A stretch of 63,568 bases of DNA, counting the filler, from Hausera hauseri (Eukaryota), in the NCBI GenBank assembly GCA_046269625.1. It is 10 parts of 10 records of this genome, joined end to end, with 100 filler letters (N's around TTAATTAATTAA, not from the genome) between each part and the next. Parts side by side here need not be neighbours in the genome. Positions count along the whole stretch, not along the records: positions 36,110 to 43,981 come from JBJURY010899427.1; positions 44,082 to 48,962 come from JBJURY010405145.1; 8 more parts are not named here. One strand, 5' to 3'. The translations under genes and the position numbers were made by a program. The notes under the pieces are model-generated. The model saw nothing but the letters and a program-made list of their open reading frames with translations, was not told the origin of the DNA and did no database searches. Every line of letters begins with the position of its first letter. Position 1 is the first letter of the stretch. Positions 38,495 through 49,062 of the stretch are shown piece after piece.

Positions 38495-39029
38495 GTGCTC
38501 TGCACCGTGATCAGCAGGTACGGACTATGCAATGCAATGGCCTTTGGAATTCTAGATGTCCTTTTCCTTGATGTTGGCCTACTTTTCCTCCCTTATTGTA
38601 TGTATGGAGAGAGAATCCGTGCCAAGCCCGTAAACGTTGCAACGGAAAATCGTACGCGGAAATTAGGCAACGCTGAATGTGAGGCAATGGTGACGCTGTC
38701 GGAGAAATTAAAAGTATTATATATTCGAAATAAAGAAAAGAATCAAACGTCTATTTGCGCCGAAGGGACCAAAAGACGTAATAAATCAAATACGCAGAAA
38801 GTAAAACATTTAGAAGAAACTTGCTTGGGGAGATGAGAAATAAATTGCTAAAAGGAATGAATTGGAGGAATCTAAACGGTATTGAGGAACAGTCAACTGA
38901 GAAGGCAAAAGGAAAAATGGAAAGTTGAGAAATCTGAAGAAAGGCACAACAATGAGACAAGTTAATATAAGGAAATCAGATGATAAGAATATTGGGGAAA
39001 ATTCGGTCTATTTAGTAGAACAAAATTAG

Positions 39030-40772
39030 AAAAAAATAATCGTACTTTGTAATGGACGTCACTATGTTTCAGGGACAATAAAATTACAATCCTACCGTGC
39101 TCTATCAGATCACATAAAGGAGAACCTGAGGATTAACGGTGAATTCACATTATTGAATACCGGAAAGCCATTCCGTACAGACGATGAAGTGACGGATTTG
39201 AAGCACGGCTCAACAATTCACTTGATGTTCCAGTTGAAAAGAGGAAGCAAACTGACCGTGGCTGAGCTCGAAGAACGTATTGCCGAACGACGAAGGCTTA
39301 TGAACGAATTAGCCTTGATCGGAAGGAGGTTGATGGACATAAATGTGAGTGAACATGACTACGACGTGTTCTACCAAAGTTACGAAAAGATTTTCTCAAA
39401 TATCCAAGAGGAACTCTGTTTATTGACAACCGCAGCTAGAAAATTAAAAAGAAAGGAGAATATAACGCTACTGGAAAACGAGATGAAGAAGTTAGACGAA
39501 CAAAATGAGGAGATTAACACGATTATTTACGAACTGAGTCTCCGAGATAATAAAATTTTCGTCAATGTAGCAAAAAACAGCAAATGACGAAATAAAAGAA
39601 AAAATAATTTTGTCTAAACTATAAAGGTTGGAATTGCCAAAATTTGGTAGTGCAATCATCGAATATGACCGATGGAGAAGAACATTCTACACGTGTATGG
39701 ACAAAACGTTAATGTTTACCATATGTAAACAACTACATTTAGAAAGGTGCTTATATGGTGAGCAGAAAAGGTTAATAGAAAACTTCAACATGTCAGAAGA
39801 AGGGTATAGGGCATCCCTGGAAAAACTGGATTTCTACTACGGTGGTGAACAGCGATCTTATGCGGTGTTTATGACCAAAGTCATAAGGTTCCGAGCAGTA
39901 GAGGAGGAAGACATCAAAGGACTAGACGAATTCGTGGCTTTGTTGGAAGGGATAATCGTAAGATTGAGGAATCTAGGGAGAACAAAGGAACTTAATGGAG
40001 GGCTATTGTATCAAAGACTTATGGAGAAGCTCCCAGAATCAATTATACTTCTGTGGGAAAGGCACGCCATTGAGAAATGTCGGATAGGGCCGTAGTATAA
40101 TTGAAGAATTGGATTGAAATAAAAGCGATGGTCAGGCGGAATGCCATAAAGAGAGTGAGACAGATAGAAACGTTCAACACAAGTCAAAGTGTTCGAAATT
40201 TACGGATAGAAGATAGAAGATCGTACTTTACAAAAAGATCACAGGCTGTAAATAGAGAGTGCAAGAATACGAACTCCAAAATAAAAGATCGAGAAGTTAA
40301 AGAAGGGAGGCAGTCTAGCCACCCCAATATACAGCGAGGAGATCGATCCCAGAGATGCTGGAATTATGATAAGAACGGTCAACGTAAATTCGGAGAGAAT
40401 TGTAAATATTTACATCAACCTAATAAGAACGATCAAAAAAGGATATGCTCGTATTTTGAGAAAGGAGAATGCAAGTATGAAAATGATTGTAAATTCCTAC
40501 ATGGGAAAATTGGTAGCAAGGAAAAGGGCAAAAGCAGTAATGACAAGGAGAAATTAAGGCGAAAAATTGAAAATTCCTGTGAAAAAATAGTAGGAACGAC
40601 AACAGAGGAATCAATACCACGGTCGTTAAAGAATGAAAAAAGGAAAGAAGTAAAAAAGAAACAAAACGATGTTAGATCCTACGTTACCCAACGTTCTGAG
40701 GAGACAAGTGAACAGGAAGAAATGGTAGCTCTGAAAACAGTAGAAGTATGGCTAAGAATGGGAATAGAATGA
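39030..40772 (+). pseudogene. BEL/Pao Gag: ubiquitin-like domain, coiled coil, Gag core (DUF1759-like) and two CCCH zinc fingers
   Basis: Open frame from 39030: KKIIVLCNGRHYVSGTIKLQSYRALSDHIKENLRINGEFTLLNTGKPFRTDDEVTDLKHGSTIHLMFQLKRG. Then ELPKFGSAIIEYDRWRRTF..KQLHLERCLYG..LDFYYG. Then CWNYDKNGQRKFGENCKYLH and CSYFEKGECKYENDCKFLH. Confidence 0.8.
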
Positions 40773-43700
40773 AAAATGCAATAGTGCTGTTGGACGATGC
40801 TCGTACCGAGAGATTCGTCGATTCAAAACCAGGCGAAGAACTAGGTGTCGATAAGAAAACAGAAAGGTTGACGATAACAGTTGTCAGAGGGAAACAGACT
40901 GAGATGTCTATTGACAGGGTTAAAATGGTATTGATAAATATGGACCGATCGATAGAAGTCAAATTTGAGGCGATAGCTATGAAAAATCTAATCGGAAAGA
41001 TGAGGGCAGTGAATTGGTTCACAGAAAAATAAAAATGGCCCCATCTAAAGCACCTAAAGTTTTCCACAATATCGCAAAACTTAGAGGTGAATAATATTCT
41101 TGGGGCAAACATTATAGAGTTATACAAGCCAATCAAAGACGTATATGGCAAAAGGGTGCGGTGTGCGATTAACTCCGTTAGGCTGGAACTGTGTAGGACA
41201 AATAAAAAAAAGAAAAAACATAAATAGTAATTTCATAAGAACTTTTTGGACAAGGACAGAGGAAATTCAAAATGATCTGAGCCGCTTATGGGAAGTCGAG
41301 TTTAACATGGATGCAAAAGAGTTTGAGAGGAATAAACAAGACGAGGAGGCAGTAAAACAAATTTTAAAAGAAACGACTCATTAAGAAAATAGATACTCCG
41401 TGCCGTTACCACGGAAGGGATGGATACAAACTGAAATGGAAAACAATCAATGGATGGCAGAAAAACTATTGAAAACTCTGAAGAATAAGTTAGATAAAGA
41501 TGAGGAGGCAAAAGCAGCCTATGAGAAGGTAATAGAAGTACATACGAAGGAAGGATATACCCTAGTGTTGGAAGAACGAGAGGAACAAGAGAGAGTTTGG
41601 CTGTTGCCACATTTTCCGGTCATGAAAATCGATAGGGAAACCACAAAATTCCGGATAGTTTTCGATGCTGCTTCGAAATATCGGGGAAAGTGTCTGAACG
41701 ATTTTCTGGATCCTGGCCCGAAATTACAATTGGACATTATAGGCATTATATTAAGGATGAAAAAACGGCCATGGGTTGTCATATATGACATCCAGGAAAT
41801 GTTCTTGCAGATTAAGATAAAACAAGAAGATAAGAAATATCTAAGATTTCAATGGTATAAGCATGGGGAACGCGACATATAGGAGTTCAGTCGGTTGGTA
41901 TTTGGGTTGAACGCCTCTGCATTTCTGGCGCAACTGATATCAAGACATAACGCCGAAAAATTCAAAGATAAATTCCCCAGAGCCGTAGAAACGATAAAGT
42001 ACTCTACATACATGGACGATTGAATCAATTCAGTCAGCACTGAGAAAGAAGCTGTTTTGTTATACAGCGAGCTAAATGAGATCTTGAAAAAGGCTGGGAT
42101 AGAACCACACAAATGGTTGTCAAACTTTAATGAATTAATGAATGTAATAATTACCACGAGCCGAGCCAAGGAATTTAACATATTGGAAAAAATTGATGTT
42201 ACCAAGACGTTGGAAATGAAGTGAAAGACCGAAGATGATAGATTCCAGTTTGAGGATGTAATAAGCAAGAAATGGAGACAACAAAAAGAACACTATTAAG
42301 CGCATTGTCGAAAATATTCGACTCGTTAGGTTTCCTCACTTGTTACACATTGTTGGGCAAAGTGTTTCTACAGCAACTGTGGATAATGAAAATAGATTGG
42401 GACGAAAAGATCCGGAAACAATTAAGTGAGAAAATAAGGATATGGGTAGAACGAATGAAGAACCTGAGTAGAATAAAGGTACCAAGGTATTTATATTTTA
42501 AGGAAGGCGACTACAATAAGATACATATTTTCTGCGACGCTTCAAGATGGAGGTATGGGGCGGTGGCCTATTTAAGGTCGATAGTGGAAGGAGAAATTAA
42601 AGTAGTGATCATGTGCTTGAAAGGTAAGGTGACACCGGTAAAGTCTGTCGCCATATCAAGACTGAAACTGATGGCAGCCTGTATAGGAGTCAAGCTGGGT
42701 AGAAAAGTGAGTAAGACTCTGTGAAACAAGAAGGAGGAGATACGGCACTGGACGGATAGCATGAGCGTACTGTATTGGATAAAAGGCTGCAGTAAGTATT
42801 ACAAAACGTTCATTGCGAACAGAGTAGGATTTATCCAAGACGAAACGACCGGAAGACAATGGAACTATGTAAAGATGGAACGCAACCCAGCGGACTACCT
42901 TTCTAGGGGACTAGATGTCGACGAGTTAGGAGACAAAATAGAGTGGTGGAATTGTCCAGATTTTTTCAGAAAGACAAAAGATCAATGGTCTGTTCAACCC
43001 ACAGAACTAACTAAACCAAAGGATGAGGAAAAGAGAAGAGACTCATTTGCAGTGATGTCTTTGAGAAACAGTACAACAGAAGGAGAGTATCAGAGTCAGG
43101 ATAATGTGGATAATACCGAACAATATGCCAGATCCCGTTGCGAAGAGATGTTTAAACAAAAGGTAAGATAAATTGCACAAAGGGAGGAGAATAATAATTT
43201 AAGTGAAATACAGCTGAGAAGGATAGCAAAACTAGAAATAATAAAGGAGGATCAAGAAAAGGAGTTTTACACAGAAATTAGAAATTTACGATCTAAGAAG
43301 GAGATTAGCATTAAGAGCATTATTGCAAAGTCTAACCACGTTTCAGATGACGAAGGAGTATTGAGATCGTGTAGCCGGTTAATGACGACCTCTTGGTAAA
43401 ATTGGGAGCAAACGTACCCAATAATACTGTGTGTCGTAGTGCATTATAACAAAATTATTTATTGAGGATATACATTTAAACGCGGCGGGAGTCAACCACC
43501 AAGTGGCGGAGTTAAGTAGTACGTATTGATTCCCCAGGATTAAGAAGCTAGTAAAAGCCTATCAAAATTATTGTATGATCTGTAAGAGGTCAAAAGCGAA
43601 AGGAATACAAACAATAGGAGCACCATTACAGGCGTTTAGAACACAATTGCCGCTTAAAGCCTTCGACAAAGTTGGAATTCATTTCGCCGGACCGGTGAAG

Positions 43701-43981
43701 ACGCGACAAAAACGAGGGTTATTACATGAAAAAAGGTACATCTGTCTAATCACGTGTTTGCTCTGTCGAGGGGTACACGTTGAAATGTTGACAGGATTGG
43801 ACATAAATTCCTTCGTAAAGGCTCTCAAACGCTTTATAAGTCGGAGAGACAGACCTTCGTTGATAATCTCCGACAATGGAGGGATATTCATAGCAGCGAA
43901 TAGAGAAGTGTGTGAATTTCAAATAGATACCTATAGCCTTAAAAAAGAACTCAATGACACTGAGATAAGGTGGATATTCAA
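40730..43981 (+). pseudogene. BEL/Pao Pol (protease, RT, RNase H, integrase; continues at 36110-36790)
   Basis: Motifs as listed for the whole element; multiple stops and frameshifts. Confidence 0.9.
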
Positions 43982-44081
43982 NNNNNNNNNNNNNNNNNNN
44001 NNNNNNNNNNNNNNNNNNNNNNNNNTTAATTAATTAANNNNNNNNNNNNNNNNNNNNNNNNNNNNNNNNNNNNNNNNNNNN

Positions 44082-45375
44082 GAGTCCGTCTTGGTGCTCT
44101 TTTACCCATTTACCTCTCTTCTGATTTTTACAGCGCTTATTATAATTTTTGGAAACTAGAAAAGTCATCGCTGTTAATATGATAAGAACGAAAATTGACA
44201 AACTAAATATAGCTATTATCGGTGAGTTATTCGGCTCAATAGAACTTTCCGTGATGAACACATTCTGAGTACTGAGATCTTTATACGGCATTAGTTCAAT
44301 TTTATTGCCAAGAGTTCGTACTGTAAAAGTTTTAGGGTTCTTACTCTTTGCGGTAATTCTAATTATATAGTCATGTTGCGGCCGTAAGGACCTGCATTCA
44401 GTTTCCTGACTATTCTTTCTCAGGATTACAACTTGATTGGTATGTAAGGTGCCTCATTCAATTTTGATGTCTCGATTTAACGTCGCTTCTGCGTAAAATA
44501 AGATTCTATCGCTTTTTGCCAAAATCTTGACTGGTGTGTTTCCTGGCATTTCTACTGAAGTGACAATCGTAGTAGTGAGAGTTGTAGTTGGAACTGTAGA
44601 TGGTCTTCTCGTAGTGGTTGGGAAGGAAAGCTTCCATCTTCCGATTTTTGGACGGTATCCTCTTAAATAAGTACTTTGTTCTCCGGGATACGTATTGTAT
44701 AAGTCGAATTGTAACTGATAATCCTGTCCTGGTTGTATTACAAAGCACGTGGTGGATCGGTGTCTGGCCATATAACAATACTCCGGATTAGGAATAGAAG
44801 CATTCAATGGTATAAATCGGACAGAAATTTGCCTATCTCCGGGCAGTTCCACCTTAGTTTTGATTCGAATACATTGGTTTTTTAAGTCCTTTGAAATTCC
44901 AATAATGTTATAAACTAAGAGTCTTTTGAACGGATCAGTTCTTCGGATTATTTCGTCCATCTTAGCTTGGTTTGCGTCCTTTCGTTGGGGCATTCTTATT
45001 ACCAGTTCTGTAATTATATAGGCTTAAGCACCAAACCGATTAGAATAAAACATTTCGAATTTGTATCCGTAGGCTTGTCCAAATTCCAAATCACAGCATC
45101 TTTTGTGATTTCCGCATAAAAATCACATTTTCTCACAGTGGATCTGGTTAAAAATATTATTTGAAATTTTACGTGGCTCTAAATAGGTTTGCTTGCTTCA
45201 AACCATGCACATGGTTTGCTCCAATCCATATCGTGTACTCTAAGTAATTGCACGTTCTGGATATCCCTGCGTTTTATCGTGTATCGTAGGTTTTCGGCTC
45301 TGGTTATTGGTTTCACCTTGGGTACTTAAGAAGCGATTAGCGATAGGGTAAGGATTACTTGTACATATGATATCG
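44082..45375 (-). pseudogene. Env-position type I membrane protein downstream of the Gypsy integrase (signal-like segment, FN3-like motifs, Thr-rich linker, TM, basic tail)
   Basis: ISYVQVILTLSLIAS follows the integrase tail. 44993-44082 is one frame with a single TGA at 44454-44456. It contains IQPGQDYQLQF and LRPQHDYIIRITA, PTTTRRPSTVPTTTLTTT, and TM IIAIFSLSIFVLIILTAMTFLV followed by KNYNKRCKNQKRGK. Confidence 0.7.
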
Positions 45376-48300
45376 GTCTGGTTACGATTGACGATGTTTT
45401 CCTTTCCTTATTGACTTTATTTGAACGCAAATTATAGCGTTTATCTGGTCTTATTTCCGTTTTAACTACTCTCTGAATTGATACGACTTCTTCCCTGCCG
45501 TTTTTATTTATATAAACTGTGGCTGGCGTAATCCTAGTAACTTCATAAGTTCCTCTGCCTGTCCTAGTAAGTTTCAAAGATGTGCCTTTCTTTCCTACTC
45601 GTGAGGTTTAGCTTTCTTATCGTATTGCTTCTTGAATTGTTCGTGGTATTCTTCAGATAATTTCTTGGCTATCTCCCAACACTTGTGCAATCTTGATTGT
45701 AATACTTCAACAAGATTTTGTTGTAAATCCTCCGTTTGTGTTGTATAAGGAATCAGTCCTAAATCTATAGGAAGCGCAGCTTCTCTTCCGTACATTATAA
45801 AAAATGGAGTGAATCCTGTCGCAGGATGTGGAGCAGTATTAATTGAAAACTGTGTACTTTCTAAGAACTTATCCCAATCTTTCTAGTCTTTTGCGACTAC
45901 TATGGATAAGATTTGTTTAACTGTCGCGTTTATTCGTTTGACCATTCCATTACATTGGGGATGATAAGCTGTGGTAGTTAATCGTTCAATCTCAAAAATT
46001 TTGGTAATTTTATCGAACAATTCGCTCGTAAAGTTTCTTCCTCGGTCTGTCAAGATTTGTTCGGGTTACCCGTATCTGCAAATGATTTTCCGAACTATGG
46101 CTTTTGCCAAGGTCTCGGCCTTTTGGTCTAATAACGCTACAAGTTCGACGAAATGAGTCAATCGGTCTATGCAGGTCAAAATGTATTTCTTATTCTTGTG
46201 GGTTGTAGGCAGTGGTTCTACAATATCCATAGACATTGCTTGCATTGGTCTATCAGGCACGTCGATAGGTTTAAGTTCGGCGATGTAGCTTTTTACTTTT
46301 CTTTCTTTGGTTGCGCATACTTCGCAAGCGTTCACCCAATTTCTTACGTCGATATAAATGCTCGGCCAATAGTATTTATTTAATATTCTTTTCCATGTCT
46401 TTTTCCACATGTGTCCGGCTAAGTATGAATCATGTTCGGCCATGAGCACTTCCGTTCGTAATCCTTTTGGTATGACGACTAATTTTCGTCCCTTCCGTTC
46501 GTAGTACAATACATCATCGTAATTCGAATCTCCAGCGACGCAGTATTTGTGGCCATATCTCCGTAGGTGTTTTCGCAACTGGAGACCTTGGGTGTTACGT
46601 TGGCATCAACGAACTCGATAATCTATTGTACAACCTTATCTTTTCTCTGTTCAATAGCAATTTTTAATGCCTTATCTAGTGTGAGAGTCCGTTGTCTTTC
46701 TACCAAATCTTCAAGGTGTGCTTTCCTCATTACTGTAACGGCGCTTGTTTTGGTTTTAAGTCTTGATAATGCGTCGGCATCGACATGTTTACTTCCGAGT
46801 TTATATTGAAATTCAAATTGTAACGTGAGATTTCCTTGATCCATATCTGTTAAGTCTACAGGTTGGATTATTTGCTCTACCCTTTAAGGTTGTAACTGCC
46901 TTATGATCAGTAACTATTAAAATCTTTTGTCAATAGATATACACGTTAAAGTGTCGCAGTGCTTCTTTCACTGCCAACGTTTCCAACTCTGTTACGGAAT
47001 AGTTCTTCTCAGCTTTCTTTAGAGAACGCCCTTCATATGCGATTGGATGTTTTAACTCCTCGTCTTCTCGTTTCTGAGCCAGTTCATATCCGATACCTTC
47101 CTTACTGGCGTCTGTTTTGATTATGAACGGTAGGTTGAAGTCAGGATATCTTAAAGCAGGTTCACTAGTTAGAATTTTTTTCATTTCGACAAAAGCTTTC
47201 TGTTCGATATCGGTCCATTTCCATTTGATTCCCTTTTTCAATAAACGATACAAAGGTGCTTTTATCTTAGCACTGTCTGACACATAAGTGGCATAATACC
47301 CACATAATCCTAACCAGTGTCTCAATTCTTTTTGATTATGGGGTTCCATGCAGTCCGATATCTTACTTAATAATGATTTATCCGGCTTCGATCCTCCTTC
47401 TCCGACTATATGTCCAACGTACGATACAGTATTTGAGCCCATTTGCACTTCTTAGGATTCAATTTCAGTCCAGCTTGCTCCAATCTCATGAGTATACCTT
47501 CGATGTATTTTAAATGTTTGTCTTCCGTTTTCGAGGCAATCATGACGCCATCTAAATAGGCGAACGCATGTTCCAGTCCCATTAGCATCTTGTTCATCAT
47601 GCGGGTAAAGATAGCTGGTCCAGTAGTGATTCTAAAAAGCATGACATTGAATTCATATATACCGTCGTGTGTCTTAAATGCTGTTTTGTAACGGTCTTCC
47701 TCTTCTATCTCTACCTGCCAATATCCAGATTGTAAATCGAGCGTAGTAAACTATTTAGCTCCCGAAAGTCTGTCCAAAGCTTTCTTTACAGAGGGTAGCG
47801 GAAAAGAATCCTTTAGCATAAGCGTATTTAACGCTCGGTAGTCGATGCAAAATTGGTGTTTGGCGGTACCTTTTTTCTTGACCATTAGTATTGGTGAATA
47901 CCAAGATCTGTAGCTTGGTCTAATTATGTCTGCCTTTAACATTCGTTCAACTTCTTTGGTTATCTCTGGCCTTAATGAGTGTGGAGGAAGGTACCATTTT
48001 GGCATCTTTTGATCCTCTAAGTCTATTTCCTTGTTAGATCCGGGCTTTTTCTTAAGCGGAATCGTAAGCCTTAAGGTTTTGGCTCGGCCAATATCTTTTT
48101 CATCTCTCGCAATATTTGAACTATAACGACAAAGTAATTCGTAAAATCGACAATATGATTCTGGTGGAAACTTATTCTCTACATGGGGCGGAAATTCGGC
48201 ACCCTTATATGGTTTCTCCTCAATAGTGATTGATGGTACTCTACACGTGTGTCCCAAAGTGGTATTAGCGTACAGTTTAATCGGAGTTGGTGCGTTATTT

Positions 48301-48962
48301 GCTATTCGGTTTGGCACGCGGTCTGTTGATACTCTTGTCAAAATATTGCTGAGCACGAGATTTGGATTGAGCGATTCTTTTGGTTCAAATATATTTGGTG
48401 ATCGTCATCCTGACGTATCTGAGCATATATTAGAATTTCTGTTCTGGGTTGTATGGTTTCATCTACTGGAATTTACACTTCTACGAATTTTCTATCTTTG
48501 GTAGTTTTGACTCCTTTTATTGGGCCCAGTTCTATTAACTTGCCTGAATTGAAATCGATTGCTATATTGGGTAATTGTCTCAATAGGTCACACCCTAACA
48601 CTACATCATCCGTTAATTGCTCCATTACTGAAAATTTATGACGAAAAGATTGTCCCATTATGTGAATTTCTGGTTTCCATTGGAATTTACTCTTCGAGGA
48701 TTGTCCGAAAGCTCCAATGCTTCCTCGATCTGTCGTAGGAGGTGAATATAATTGTTTCCGTAAGAATTGTGGTATCGAATCACTTTTTATCAGTGATATT
48801 TCAGATCCTGTATCTATTAGTGCATAAACCTCCCAATCTTCCAATTGAATTTTTGCGAAGGGCCTGCCTTCGATTACGGTACCGTAATACCTTGGCGCTA
48901 TCTTGGGTTGTCGTATCATAGACACTTTGTAGCCGTTGATGGTGACTTCAGTGGTTCCAACT
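45326..48962 (-). mobile_element. Ty3/Gypsy pol (PR-RT-RH-INT), decayed
   Basis: PR ALIDTGSEISLI; RT SPILMVKKK..FCIDYRALN..DSFPLP, LDLQSGYWQ, AYLDG(D); RH IKTDASKEGIG..AEKNYSVTELETLAV; INT HDSYLAGH..YYW..CEVC, MDIVEPLP, TDRGRNF, YHPQCNG. Confidence 0.93.
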
Positions 48963-49062
48963 NNNNNNNNNNNNNNNNNNNNNNNNNNNNNNNNNNNNNN
49001 NNNNNNTTAATTAATTAANNNNNNNNNNNNNNNNNNNNNNNNNNNNNNNNNNNNNNNNNNNN

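Larger units (their letters stand above)
36110..43981 (+). mobile_element. Complete but decayed BEL/Pao LTR retrotransposon, circularly permuted (contig opens inside the integrase)
   Basis: Order: INT C-term (WIFNPPATPHFGGVYE..IKSIK..) / PPT / LTR / PBS / Gag (ELPKF..) / protease / RT (LPHFPV..KFRIVFDAAS..LND.L.PGPKLQ; YMDD) / RNase H (HIFCDAS..YGAVAY; NPADYLSRG) / INT (FAGP..GVHVEM..SDNG). The first 77 bp (36110-36186) are identical to the last 77 bp (43905-43981). Confidence 0.93.

Noticed and set aside
38029-38532. 167-aa antisense ORF across the LTR end and PBS
   Set aside because: Compositionally biased (T/P/F-rich mirror of a GT-rich strand) with no recognisable motif.
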